Of a stretch of 64,000 nucleotides of DNA, positions 36,140-51,526 are shown piece after piece. This DNA comes from Malacoraja senta (lineage: Eukaryota): the NCBI GenBank assembly GCA_038087875.1, contig CM075992.1, positions 8,682,001-8,746,000 of the forward strand. The letters are read 5' to 3'. The translations under genes were made by a program, and so were the position numbers. Numbering within the stretch: position 1 is the first letter of the stretch; every line of letters starts with the position of its first letter. Under the pieces are notes generated by a model. That model was not told the origin of the DNA, made no database searches, and worked only from the letters and a program-made list of their open reading frames with translations.

Positions 36140-39100
36140 ATTTTACTTCGGAGTCACGTGAGTGACTACGTGAAGAACCCTGCCAGTGCGCCTGCGCGTC
36201 ATTACGTCAGACGCCTTGACGCAAACGGACGTGAGGAGCAGAGCTCCTACAGTGGTTTGTAGTTTTTCAACTACAAGGTAAGTAAAAACTTTTTTCATGT
36301 TTTCCAGGTCCGTTTACTGTGGGTCTATGGGAATTTTTTCCACAGACGCCATGGAAAAAACGGACAGGGGGAAGAGGCGAGCGACACAGCCGACAGAAAG
36401 TCGGGAATCCGCGGTTAGAGACCAACCGTCTCTAAACCCCGGTACAGTCGCCAGCGGTGAGCATAGCGACTGTGGACCTGGGACTGGTGAAAACACTGTC
36501 AGCGCCTGTCGGGCAAAAGACAAAGTTTAAATCCCAACGGCCCACGGAGGGAGTCCCAGGCAATGGAAGGAGCTCCAGGGCTAGATACTGCTTTCGAGCG
36601 TATTGCCCAAATAGAAAGCCTTTTACACAGGCTGTTGGAGCAAAGTTCACTCAGGGAGGAGTGTACTGAAAGCCAAGCTGCTGGAAACAGCTCAAACAGC
36701 TCCTGGTACAGGGCTAGATACTGCTTTTGAGCGTATTGCCCAAATAGAAAGCCTTTTTCATATGCTGTTGGAGCAAAGTTCACTCAGGAAGGAGTGTACT
36801 GTAATCCAAGCTGCAGGAGCAGCTTAACAGCACCTGGCTCAGGGCTGATGGAATGCACCCTCAGGAATGAGGAGCGTGCTACGGGTCATGAGATTTCAGA
36901 CCCCGACTCTGACGGTGAGGCTGTACAAGGCGATAAACGGCAGCTGCCAGATGTTCCACCCCTAGCAGTAGGATTCGCTGCCCCGTCAGGGTCAGGAGAG
37001 CCATTAGGAGAAGAACTGGCCTCCTTAATAAATTACTTGGTTTATCATTAGCTGGAACAGCAGGACATGGATGAGACTGCAAGAAAGCAGGAGACCCCAA
37101 GTAACTGTGGGTTGCTGAAAGCAGCAGCAGTGAACCAAATTATCTGGAATCAGTTGCAGAGAATATTAAAGCTGCTGGGTTCTGGAATAACTGCTTTTAC
37201 CAGAATAGCAGGTAACAACCAAAAGATGACGAAGTTGCATCAGCAAGCACTGGGGTTGCTATGCAGCACCCACTTCGAGATCAATTATCTGAGGAAAGTG
37301 CTATACGGCCTACTATGAATCCGAAATTACCAGCACTCTGCAAACCAAGTAATATACAATTACCCAACTTACTCTTTGGAGAGGATCTCGGGAGACGTAT
37401 TAAAGAGTTGGAAGATGAAGCGAAAACAGGATTGATAAATACATCAATGGTTGCAAAAGAAGTATCCTTTCAGACGTCATACGGATCCTAGACCAGGACC
37501 AAGTCGCTCATCAACGCAGGGACGTAGCTGGCGGCCTGCAGCGGGAGTAAGGACCAGTGGTTGTGCTTCCGGGAGAATCCAGGGATCTCAGAATACTCAA
37601 ATGACTCAAGAGGTAGGTGGACCTGGTTCTCAGGGGAACATACTAACTGGATTAAGTCCAAAAGTTGGAGGCAGATTACGTCTCTTCTATAAACATTGGA
37701 AGAAGATTACTTCAGATGTGGTAATTCTGAATAATATACAAGGATTTTGAATTGAATTCAATCCAAATTATGATTTGCCTGTCCAGCATGTTCCTAGCAG
37801 AACTCTCCACTTTGCGAAGTAATGGAGGTTCAAGTTGCGCTTCAAAACCCTATATATAAAAGGTGTTATTAAAGAATCAGTCTACCAAATTCACCAATTT
37901 GGGTCAAATATATTCCCTCGATCAAAAAAGGATGGAGGATGTAGGATTATTATAGACTTGACAAGTCTGAATCCTTTTGTTCAGTGTTTGTTCACTTGCA
38001 AGATATGAAGTATTTTAAATTTACATGGATGAACCAATTAGGGCAGTTCAAAGCTCTGCCTAAAGGGTTAACGTTCCCTTCCAGAATATTTATAAAAATC
38101 AATTCTGGGGTTGCTGAGAGCCAGGGGCATGTACTAATGGCATAACTGGATGATGTCCTGATTATAGGAAGGACAAAACAGTCAACAGAAGCATCGGTTG
38201 CAGTAAAATCAAACTTTTGAAAGTTTGGGGGTTTCTAAATTCATCCAAAGAAATCAAGGTTAAAAACATGTACCTCGATTAATTATTTGGGGTTCACAAT
38301 TGATTTAGCCCAAATGCAAATTACTTTGCCCAGTGAAAAAAAAGGGTGGAGTTGATTAAAGATTGCAGTAATCTGTTAAATGAGCAAAAACCTCTAATCA
38401 GACAGGTGGCTCGAGTACTGGGAAAATTAGTAGATTCCCAACAGTCCAGTATGGACCATTGTATTATCAACAGCTGCAGAGAATTAAAGAACAGGCACTG
38501 AGAGTAAATGCAGGTCATTTTGATAGAACCATGCAAGTAACAACAAATGCTGTTCTAAGCTGCAGTAGTGGATTCTACATGTCTCAAGCAGTTCAGGCAA
38601 AGTGCTGATTGAACAACCTTCCATGATATTACAAACTGATGCCAGTGCACTAGGATGGGGTGCAACTGACTTAACATGGAGCTGCGGAGGCAGATGGAAT
38701 CAGGAAAAGTTAGTGTTACTGCAGACATGGGGAATTACCTATTTGGAGCTTTTAGGAGGTTTCTATGGACTCCAAGCTTATGGTTCTAACACAACTAAAA
38801 GGAAGGTTCAAGTTCAAATTAATAAACACAACAGTAGTTGCCTATATTAATGATATGGGTGGAATTAAGTCGGTGTCATGTGACAAAATGGTTAAATCAA
38901 CTTGGGTCTTGGTGTATTGAAAAGAACATTTGGTTTTCAGCTATCTATCTACCAGGTAGAATGAACACGATAGCAGACACCTGGTCACGAAAAGTTCCAT
39001 GATAATAAAGAATGGATGTTGAATCAAGAGGTATTCAATGATATAGTAATCAGATTTGGAATGACCGACATCGACTTGAATCATCAGCTATCGAGATATG

Positions 39101-41293
39101 TCTCATGGAAACCAGATCCAGGAGCAGTGGCGATTGATGCTTTCTCGCTACATTGGGGTGGTATGTTTCATATATATTTCCACCTTTCTGCCTCATAAGC
39201 CAATGTTTGCTTAAAATCAGGCAAGATGCTGCTTCAAGGGTATTGGTAGTACCAGATTGGCCTATACAGCCATGGTATCTGTTGATATTAGAATTAATAA
39301 CACAAATGTTGATGAAAGTCCCAAAAAGGAGTAATTTATTGCTGCACCCTGTACAGGGGAACAACATCCATTATATCATCGTTTGGATTTGTTGATTTGC
39401 AGGTTTTAAGAATGCCTTTTCTGGGACGAGGACTGTCTGAGCATACTGTGGACATGCTTACGGCAGCCGGGAGGAAGAGCACTCAAAAACAGTACCTTTC
39501 TTATATTAAGAAATGGGAAGTGTTCTGTGTACAAAAGAATGTGCAATAAAGTACTGCAGATATTTCAAATGTTTAGAATTTCTGTCAAAACTTTATTATG
39601 ATGAAGGTCTGAATTGTAGTGCAATTAATTCAGCCAGAAGTGCATTGTCCTCATATTTGGTTCTGGATTCAGAAAGAAACTCAATTGGGTCACACCCAAT
39701 TGTTTCCAGACTAATGAAAGGAATCTTTAATTCCAAACCACCTAAACCTAGGTACGTGACAATCTGGGATGTAAGTGTGGTACTGAAACAATCTGGGATG
39801 TAAGTGTGGTACTGGAACCTGACTAATGCTCGGGCTAAAAAATGGATGAAATGCTATATTCTGAAATGTACGAATATATCTCGAATGAAGTTTTTTATTT
39901 TAATAAATTTTTCCACTCTTCTTTAACTATCTTTCTCTTTTTTTTTTTTTGTTGTTGTTTTTTTTTTGTGTTTTTTTTTTTTCTCTTTTCTTCTTCTTTC
40001 TTTTCTTTCTTTACTTCATCTATCTTTTTAGTTCTATCTAGTTTAAAATTTAAAAAAAAGGTTAAAAGTATTGGAGACAATGTAATAATAATTGATAATA
40101 TTATCATTTTAAAAATGTAAGACTGTAATGATGTTAATAGGTTGTGTACTTATCTCCAATAAAAAATATTTTCAAAAAAAAAAAAAATGAAACTACTTCG
40201 TGAATGGTCATCAAGTGTGTCTTTACCTTTGGTCAAGCTCAGTATGAAAGTATTCATGCTTATGGCATGAGTGACAGCACAACGAGTGCAAACACTTGGA
40301 AAATTACAAATAGACAGTATGGAAGTAACTGAAGACAAGGTTACATTCTATATCTATGACCCACTAAAGTAAATTAGGCCAGGTGTGACAGGATTTAAAA
40401 TTATGCTAACAGCATATCCAAATGATCCATGTCTCTGTATTAAGACATATTTATTACAATACATGGAGGTCACAAAGAATTTGAGAATAAGGAAACTGGG
40501 TTGTTGATCACACACAAGAAACCACACAAGAGAGTTTCAATACAGACTATTTCCAGATGGATAAAAGAAGTCTTAACAGCTGCTGGTATTAACATTTATG
40601 TTTTTACGTCTCACTCGCGTAGGGCAGCAGAAACGTCGGCGGCCAGGGCAAAAGACGGCCCCGTCGACCATATCCTCGCAGCTGCCGGGTGGTCCAATGA
40701 GTTGATGTTTCAACATTTTTACCATCGGCCTATTGTTAATGCGGGGTTGTTTGCAGAAACTATTTTAAGTTCTGTGTAAATTCCTCTGGTTTAAAGGGGA
40801 TCTGATTCATTTCATTATTGAAATGAATTACTGCATTTGTGGTAGAAATGTTATTATGAATGCATGATTGATTATTCTCGTTCCGAGTCAATCTATGCAG
40901 TGAGAAGCCGGGATTGATCCACGGCATGAAATCACAAAGCTTTAAAATCTTCACGTAGTCACTCACGTGACTCCGAAGTAAAATAGTAAGATTAAACGAG
41001 AACTTACCTAAGTTTGAAGTTTGATCTTTATTTTATGAGGAGTTACGTAGGTGATTACGTGCCCACCAGGACCCTACCCTCTATCATAAAGGTCAGATGG
41101 AAGTTCTTGTATTACTCGTTTTATTATGAGACTATATTACTTCGGTTGTTGTTTTTTGGGATTTCACACCGCTGCTTTGAAGATTGACGCGCAGGCGCAC
41201 TGGCGGGGTTCTTCACGTAATCACCTACGTAACTCCTCATAAAATAAAGATCAAACTTCAAACTTAGGTAAGTTCTCGTTTAATCTTACTATT
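36140..41293 (+). mobile_element. DIRS1-type tyrosine-recombinase retrotransposon (structurally complete, ORFs decayed)
   Basis: Inverted termini; ICR 40949-41061; RT (VGGRL..F...W, KKDGG.R.IIDL, LDDVLI); RNase H (TDAS..GWG); methyltransferase-like (DAF, FPPF.LI); YR (HS.R.A..S, GWS...F..FY). Confidence 0.95.
39791..40187 (+). mobile_element. Poly(A)-tailed L1-type 3' UTR insertion in the DIRS YR ORF
   Basis: T-rich tract, AATAAA and A14 tail; flanked by tgaaac. Removing it restores WDVSVVLKLLREWS. Confidence 0.7.
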
Positions 41294-42577
41294 CTTCCTC
41301 GATCACCATTCCCTTTGCCCTGTTTTCACACCTTCCCAGGTCCTTATCTATCTCACTCCCTTACGATATCAGTCTGAAGAAGGGTTTCAACCCGAAACAT
41401 CACCTATTCCTTCTCTCCAGAGATGCTGCCCGTCCCGCTAAACTACTCCAGCATTTTGTGTCTATCTTTGGTTTAAACCAGCATCTGCAGCTCCTTAGAC
41501 ACAAAATGCTGGTGTTTTACATGCCGAGGTTCAGTGTAAAGCTTTTAGTTGCGTGCTAACCAGTCAGCGGAAAGACAATACATGATTACAATCGAGCCGT
41601 CCATAGTGTACAGATATCATAGCTAAAGTAAGAAATGTGGAGAGATTTTAAAGTGTGGAGTGATTGTAATATAGATCTACTTCTAGCATGCATGCAGTGG
41701 CCTTGGCTGGATGCCATCTTGGTGTATGAGACACTGCAAGAGCATACTTCGTCTGGCATAATACAAAGATGATAGATGAGATTCCAAGAGGTTTGTAATG
41801 AGTCCATGTGTTTAGAAGAACGAGGGGGGGGGGGACCTCAGTGAAACGTACAGAATAGTAAAAAGCTTGGATAGAGTGGATGTGGAGAGGATGCTTCCAC
41901 TCGTGGAACAGTCGAGGACCAGAGGTCATATTGTTAGAATTAAAGGACTTCCTTTAGGAAGGAGATGAGGACAAATGTCTTTAGTCAGAGGGTAGTGAAT
42001 TTTCTTGCCACAGAAGGCTGTGGAGGCCAAGTCAGTGGATAGTTGGATTGTCAGTGGATCAAAGCCACCACAGCCAGACATAAAACAACTTTTTTCCACG
42101 AGTAGTAGCTATACTCCTCAAATTGTGCTTCTGATTTTCTTTTTTGTGTTTTTGGAAGGAATTCTGTCCCTGATTTGTGTATTGGTCTTTATAACTTTTT
42201 TTTTTTAAATTCTGATTATAAGTTTCCTATAAATCTCTGTAAGGTGTCCTTGAGACCTCGGTATAAGGCGCCCGTAAATAAAATTCATTATTATTATTAT
42301 TATACTCAATAACCAAAAGTCTGTAGCCTCCTTTTGCTCTGCTGTTTTACTTCATTCACATGTTTAAACTGTAATGTTTTATTATTAATGTTTAATGTGT
42401 CATTCGTAATGGTTTACTGTTTGTCGTGTTGTTACTTGCGAGCGGAGCACCAAGGCAAATTCCTTGTATGTGTACATACTTGGCCAACTTATTCATTCAT
42501 TTATTCATACATTCATTTTTAAGGCAGAGATAGATTCTTGATTGTCAGAGGTTATGGGGAGAAGGTAGAATGGGGTT

Positions 42578-44180
<1,603 letters not shown>

Positions 44181-44384
44181 GTTAGGAGGGAGAGATCGAT
44201 CAGCCATGATTGAATGGTGGAGCAGACTTGATGGGCCAAATGGCCTAATTTTACTCCTATCCCTTATGACCAAGAGTTTGATTGGAGTGGTTTTTTGTTT
44301 AATTCATTCACTTTTCAGAATTCACAGACAAGCATTTATTGCCGTTGCGAAGTCCCACCTGAAATCTATGCTGTCCTTTGGATG

Positions 44385-44690
44385 TTTAGTTTGGAGATAC
44401 AGCGCGGAAACAGGCCCCTTAGGCCAACGGATCCGCGCCGACCAGCAATCCCCGCACATTAACACTATCCTACACACACTAGGGACAATTTACACCAACA
44501 CCAAGCCAATTAACCTACAAACCTGCACGTCTTTGGAATGTGGGAGGAAACCGAAGATCTTGGAGAAAACCCACGCAGGTCACGGGGAGAACGTACAAAC
44601 TCCGTACAGACAGCACCCGTAGTCTGGATGGAAGCCGGGTCTCCGGCGCTGCAAGCGCTGCAACTCTACCGCTGCGCCACCGTGCCGCCC
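44385..44690 (-). mobile_element. V-SINE (HE1-like)
   Basis: Full copy. Confidence 0.9.
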
Positions 44691-46254
44691 GGGTGAATAT
44701 GTTGTAGGGCTACACTTGTATTTGGCATCACTTAGCAGAGACTCGCTTTACCCACTGGGACTCTGCTGGCTCAGAACAGCAGCCACCCCCACCTGTTCAC
44801 CCGACCTCCACCCCCCCAGAATGAAAGATAGATCAGTCATGATTGAATGGCAGAGTAGACGTGATGGGCCGAATGGCCTAATTATGCTCCTATCACTTGT
44901 GGACTTCCATTCTTACACTCGGACATGCCCCATTAAAACTCCACCCCAGTCAACCATACACTTCTGGTCCTTTACAGCACACAACTAGTCCACCAAGCTG
45001 CACTGGGGCGCAAGACCTGGGGGAGGGGAACATGCAAGATCACCGGGAAAACGTGCAAACTCCGCAGGGAGCGAGGTCAGGATGGTGCCCGGCTCCCTGG
45101 AACACCGAGGAACCTGCAGCTCCAGGACACACTTCAGTCAGGGTGGTGGGAACTGGAAAGGAGCTGCTGCTGGTTGTTTCATAGAAACATAGACAATAGG
45201 TGCAGGAGGCGGCCATTCGAGCCAGTACCGCCATTCAATATGATCATGGCTGATCATCCAGAATTAGTACCCCATTCCTGCTTTCTCCCCATATCCCTGG
45301 CCCCAAGAGCTAAATCTAACACTCTTGTTGCTAGCCCCAGGCACTAACTGCAGTGCATTTTGTGTATGGTACACACTGCCGCCAGGGTACACCAATGGTC
45401 AGGGAATGAACAGTTAAGGCAGTGGATAATCTGGTCAACGGTGACACCAACTACCACGGAGATCACTGATGGGGACACTAATGGTAAAAACGACTCGACC
45501 CCATGAACTCCTTGGGCTGGGAGCATTGACCTGCAGAAGCTACAAGACCATTATTCTTCGTACACCCATTGGAGCGTTATCCTCTTGACGAGTCCTCGAT
45601 GCCACATTGCATTAGACGGTGCCTTGGTGTGAAGGTCAGACACTCTTGCCTCTGCACCTCACTCCCCTTGCCCAAGTGTGGACCAAGACACAATGTTGAG
45701 TGTGGTGGTCTTGCCAAAACACAAGCTGAGCAGCGATGAACAGGCGAGTGCTGTTTGACAGCTCCCTGAATTACACCTTTCAGTGACCATGGTGGCAGCG
45801 GTAGAGTTGCTGCCTCACAGCGCCAGAGACCCGGGTTCCATCACGACTACGGGTGCTGTCTGTACGGAGTTTGTACGTTCTCCCCGTGACCTGCGTGGGG
45901 TTTCTCCGAGATCTTCGGTTTCCGCCCACAGTCCAAAGACCTACAGGTTCGGTTTCCACCCACACTCCAAAGACCTACCGAAATAGGGTTTCGGTCCGAA
46001 ACGTTGCCTATTTCCTTCGCTCCATAGATGCTGCTGCACCCGCTGAGTTTCTCCAGCATTTTTGTGTACCTTCGATTTTCCAGCATCTGCAGTTCCTTCT
46101 TTAACAGGTTTGTAGGTTAATTGGCTTTGGTAAATGTAAAAAAAAAAGGTCCCCAGTGGATGTAGTATAGTGTTAATGTGCGGGGATTGCTGGTCGGCGC
46201 TGACCTGTTGGGGCCGAAGGGCCTGTTTCCGCTCTGTATCTCTAGTTTGTTGTA

Positions 46255-47478
46255 AAATGTATGTTTTAGTTTATCTTTCGTTTTGTACTATGGCGGGGGA
46301 AACTTTTTTTAAAAATCTCTTTCCGCGACGGATATGTGACTTTTTCGGTGTCGTATCACCGTCTGCACTGCGGCCTAAACATCGTGGAGATGGCGATCCC
46401 TTTGCCAGGGATCGTCCTCGGGGGCTCCAAACGCAGGAGCCTGCGGACTTTAACATCGCGGATCTCGCAGTCCCTGGTTTGGGATCGACTTTGGGAGCTC
46501 CAAGCCGCAGGAGCTTCGACCGCCCCGACGTGGGAGCTTCAATCACCAGCTGCGAGAGCTTCAATCGCCCCGACTGCGGATAGTTCGACTCCCCCGACTG
46601 TGGGAGAAAAGGAGGAAAGAAGATAAGACTTTACTGCCTTCCATCACAGTGGGGAACGTGGAGGAGCCACTGTGGTGGATGTTTATGTCAATTTTCTATG
46701 TAGTTGTGTGTCTTGTTGCTTTTTTGGTATGCCTGTATGGCAAACCAAATTCCTTGTATGTCGTAAAACATACTTTCAAAGGTTTCAAAGGTCGTTTATT
46801 GTCACGTAACAATTAAGGTACAGTGATATGCAAATTACCGTACAGCCAATAAGGGGGGGAAAAAAAAGCAACATAACTACATAAAAGTGAACATAAACAT
46901 CCACCACAGCGGATTCACCACTGTGATGGAAGGCAAAAAAGTTCCAACTTCTTCCTCTTTATTCTCCCACCTTCGGGGCAGTCGAACCATCCGCAGTCGG
47001 CGTGATCAAAGCTCCCGCAGACGGCGGCCGAAGCTCCCGCGTCGGGGCGATCGAAAATTCCCGCATCGGAGCGGTCGAAGCCCCCACAGCTTAGAATTCC
47101 CGGAGCCGGTCTCTGACCAGAGGCCACGGGCTCCATGATGTTAAGTCCACAAGCACCCACGGTTGGAGCTCAGAGGTCGACCCCTGGCAAAGGGACCGCG
47201 AGCTCCGCGATGTTATGTCCGCAGGCAACCGCGGTGGGGCTCCCAAAATCGGTCTCCAGCAAAGGCCGCTAATCCTCCATGTTAGGCCGCAGTACGGACA
47301 GAGCTAATATAAGGAAGAAAATAGCATCTCCGTCGAGGTAAGAGATTAGAAAGCCCCCCCCCCTCCCCCACATAAAACAAGCTAAAGAACACTAAAAACA
47401 TACATTGAACACATACAATTAAAACACAAAGGACAGACTGCTGGCGAGGCAGCCATTGATGGCGCCACCTCGCCACCC
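46255..47478. repeat. Two related CpG-rich interspersed repeats arranged tail-to-tail (46255-46775 +, about 46795-47478 -)
   Basis: Shared gcttcgaccgccccgac subrepeats and ccttccatcacagtgg...gtggtggatgtttatgt 3' region; another fragment lies at 13775-13960. Family not assigned. Confidence 0.6.
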
Positions 47479-47749
47479 ACCTTGGCTATCAAATTACAAT
47501 TATGATCCTATCACCAACTAGAGAGCTGTCCCGAGCTACTATCTACGTCACTGGTGATCCTCGGACTATCCTTGATCAGACTTTGCCAGCTTTACCTAGC
47601 ACTAAATGTTATTCCCTCATCATGTATCTGTACACTGTGGATGGCTCGATTGTATTTCCGCTGACTGGTTAGCACGCAACAAAAGCTTTTCACTGTACCT
47701 CGCTGCACGGGACAATAAACTGAACTGAAACTGAAACAAAAGGAGTTAT

Positions 47750-48225
47750 AGATGGAGCCCAGTCAATCACAGACACCAGCCTCCCCACCATAGATTCTAT
47801 CAAACACTTCACACTGCCTCAGAAAAGCAGCCAACATTATCAAAGTCTGATCTCGACCCTTATTCCTTCCTCTCCTTGCTCCTGTCTGGCAGAAGTTACA
47901 GAAGATTGAAAGCACACACCACCAGACTCAGGAACAGCTTCTTCCCCTCTGTTATCAGGCTTCTGAATGGTCCTTCCATAAGCTAGGGTACTGTCCCATT
48001 CACCTCTACCCCATTGCGGACATTGGACTTTGTCTGTGGAACTGATGCGCTACAATGCTGAGAACTATATTCTGCACTCTGTATCTTCCCCTTTGCTCTA
48101 CCTATTGGACTGGAGTTTGAATTGTTGTATTTACATATGATATTATATGATCTAACTGGATAGCGTGCAAAACAATGTTTTTCACTTCACCTGCAAACAT
48201 GAGACAATAACAAAACCAAAACCCA
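47750..48225 (+). mobile_element. Rex1/Babar-type LINE 3' end
   Basis: AQSIT...LP, CL.KAANIIK, SGR.YR.LKA.TTRL.NSFFP..IRLLN. Confidence 0.75.
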
Positions 48226-50268
48226 AAGATGGAAATGCTTCTCTCTTTACCCCCTTTGCCACGAACAAGGCCGGCCTGGACTCTTCAGTCCCTCACATGC
48301 TAGCTTTCAGCATGAGATGTTAAGCTGAGAATAGACGCGAAAAGCTGGGGCAACTCAGCTCTGAAGAAAAGGAATAGGTGACGTTTCGGGTCGAGAACCT
48401 TCTTCAGACTGAGCCAGGGGAAAGGGAAACAAGAGATATAGACAGATATAGAACAAATGAATGGATGATATGCAAAGATATAAGACGATAAAGGGAACGG
48501 GCCATTGTTAGCTGTGGCCTAAAGTGAGACCCTGTTTCCCCAAACTGGCTGAACCACCTCAGACCCGCTACGGGTGTCAGGGTTTATGGGGAGAAGGCAG
48601 GGGAATGGGGGTGAGAGGGAGAGATAGATCAGCCATGATTGAATGGCGGAGTGGACATGATGGGCCGAATGGCCTAATTCTTCTCTCACTTATGACCTTA
48701 TTAGAATATCTTTGCTCTAAAAAAATCTTTACATTCAGCCAACATCCAAACAATCTGTCCATTTATTTATTTATTTATTCGCAAGTGAGGCCTTGCTTTG
48801 TGCAATGGGCTCTCACGTGTTTGCATAATTTCTGTGACTACACGCCAAATGGTTACCGCTGATTGTTAAGCACCTTTGAACATGATCAAGGCGCCTAGAT
48901 AAACGCATCCTCTCCTCTATATGTTAATCACAAATGTAATATTTTTCAACTGAAGTTATATAATGTGCAAACATTTTACCACAATTAGAATCGCAACCTG
49001 GAGCAACGTTAAACAGCTAAAAACACAATGATCGGACACTTTGAGCAGAATTTGAAACAGAACGCGGCCTCATTAACGCAGAAAAACACAATGATGGCAC
49101 AGAATTTCCCCCAAGGTCTCGTCATAAAAGCAGTTCCCCACACTTATCAAAATGATAAACACAGACTCTAACATGTGGGGAGGGGACGTGTTGTCACAAC
49201 CCCCCTCCCATTGTATGGAAAATGGATATTGGTAACCAATAAAAAGAAAACTAATCATTGCAGATACAGCAATACTTAGTAAAATATGAAGGCAGCAATT
49301 CTCCAATGTACCGTGGACACCCAGAGCAGTTGTTGGTCCAGATATTCCGTCATTGGCAACAAGCATGGCAGAGTTTCGAGTGGAGACCACATTCGGGACA
49401 TGGCTGGTCCAATTCTCACCATCTCCTTGCCCTTTCCACACCCTTCCAAATATTCAACGGAACGCAAAGAGAGCTGGCAACTTGATCCAATTCTCTGCCC
49501 CTGGTCCTCAGTCCCAAGACTACACAAGGTCCGTGGCTTATGAATCGCGTGTGCCCCAGCAGTACGACACAGAGGAGCGGAAATTTCAAACAGGCTTGAA
49601 ATTTGCAATTGAAATGGATTAAAGTTCATGTCACCAGCAACGTACTGTATAATGAAACGTTTCTTGCATTTTCTTTGCCGAAGAGAATGCTCTTCCAAAC
49701 AGGGGGCTAAAAGACCAGCGCCTGCTTCTATTTCTCATGTGTGGGAAGGAACTGCAGATGCTGGTTTACACTGAAGATAGACACAAAATGCTGGAGTAAC
49801 TCAGCGGGACAGGCAGCATCTCTGGATGGAAGGAATTGCCGACGTTTTAGGTCGAAACCGTTCTTCAGGTCTCGACCCGAATCGTCAGCCATTCCTTCTA
49901 CCCAGAGACGCTGCCTGTCCCGCTGAGTGACTCCAGCATTTTGTGTCTATTTCTCGTGTGCTCAGTTGCTACTGCCAAGGAATCAAACATATAGCTCCCA
50001 CTTTGAGTGGTTAACTTGAGAGAGTGGTCACCGGGTTCCCAATTGTGACAATATTATTTAAGTCATCGGATCACCAAACCACCATGAATTGAGATGGATT
50101 TCATCCACCATCTGCACGTATGGAGATTAATCCCAAGTCTTACAGCAGAGAATCGTTTTGATGCAACCAGCAATGGCTCACAAGCTAAAACAGGCAAGCG
50201 TTATTGGTGAAAGATTTCAGCTTTAGGAATTTACGTGTTGATCAGGTTTAAAAATCCAGCGGTCCTTT

Positions 50269-50993
50269 TCATTTCCTGGGCTCCATGTCCTGCTGGAAGC
50301 AGCACCTGGGTGCGTCTCTGTTGTGGACGCGCTCATCCTGGGTGCCATCCGCCATCCCCCTGTCCACCAGCAGGTGGCAGCGCTTGTCTCTGTCTTCCTG
50401 CATTTCCTGCTGGGTGAACTGTCTCATGGCCTCCCAAATCCTGCACAACATGTCTTCCTTCTCGCCCTCGTTCTTCTGCTGCCGCCGGCTCTTGATCCCC
50501 TCCCAGTTCTTGCGCAGCCGCTTCTTGCGCTGCTCCTCGGTCTCCTGCTCCCGCCGCTTCTTGATGCCGTCCCAGTTCCTCTGCAGCCGGTGTTTCCGCT
50601 GCTTCTCGGTCTCCTCCAGCCGCCGGACTTTGGTCAGCTCCCAGTTCTTCCGCAGCCGATCCTGCCGCTGCTCCTGAGACTCCAGCTGCCGCCGGCTCTT
50701 GATCAGCTCCCGGTTCTTGCGCAGGCGCTCGTCCCGCTGCTCCTCGGACTCCATGTCGCGGTAGCGCTTCATCGCCTCGCGGTTCTTGCGAAGCCGGTCA
50801 TCATGCTGGTCGTCCGACTCCATCTGCCGGCGCATTCTCATCGCCTCCCTGTTCTTGCGCAGCCTGTCTCCTCTCTGCTCCTCCGTCTCTTCTTCCCGGT
50901 GCTTCTTCATCGCCTCCCTGTTCTTCTTCAGCTTCTCTTCTTTCTTCAAATCCACAGCCTGCTTCTCCGCTAATAGCTCCCCGATCACTGGAT
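50269..50993 (-). CDS. Terminal coding exon of an STPR-repeat (23-aa repeat) protein, probably DNA-binding
   Basis: ttttattttaag acceptor (phase 1), about 240 open codons, high GC3, six 23-aa E[ST]xEQRxxRLRKNxE units plus partial units. Confidence 0.85.
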
Positions 50994-51204
50994 CTTAAAA
51001 TAAAAGCCACAACAAATTGTGTTTAAAGTGGTGACAGTGGGTAGCTTTGAAAAAAACAACTTAGCTCTATTACAATGAGATTTGAATTTTAAAATAACTT
51101 GTTCTGATTTGGAAAGAGCTCTTAAGACGAATATAAGGGACAGGAATCAGACATATTTTAACAAGTGGGGGCACTGAAGCATGATTGTGGAAGCACGATT
51201 TACA

Positions 51205-51488
51205 GTTTAGTTTAGAGATACAACATGGAATCAGGCCCTTCGGCTCACCTAGTCCGTGCCGACCAGCGATCCCCGCACACTAGGGGCAATTGTACAATTT
51301 TTTTTTTTTACAGAACCTACAAACCTGAATGTCTTTGGAGTGTGGGAGGAAACCGCAGGTCCTGGAGAAAACCCACGCAGGTCACGGGGAGAATGTACAA
51401 ACTCCTTACAGACAAGCACCCGTAGTCAGGATGGAACATGGTTCTCTGGCGCTGTGAGGCAGCAACTCGGCCGCTGCGCCACCGTGCC
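51205..51488 (-). mobile_element. V-SINE (HE1-like)
   Basis: Near-full copy. Confidence 0.85.
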
Positions 51489-51526
51489 AATATAAAAAGG
51501 GTAATGTGCCCAAGTGCCCATGTCAT

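Noticed and set aside
50269..50993. Calling the STPR gene ZNF821 or trichohyalin
   Set aside because: No C2H2 fingers are visible and the repeat sequence differs from ZNF821; strict 23-aa periodicity argues against a generic E/R-rich coil. No symbol assigned.
50285..50998. + strand ORFs overlapping the STPR exon
   Set aside because: Antisense shadows of a GC3-rich repetitive coding exon.
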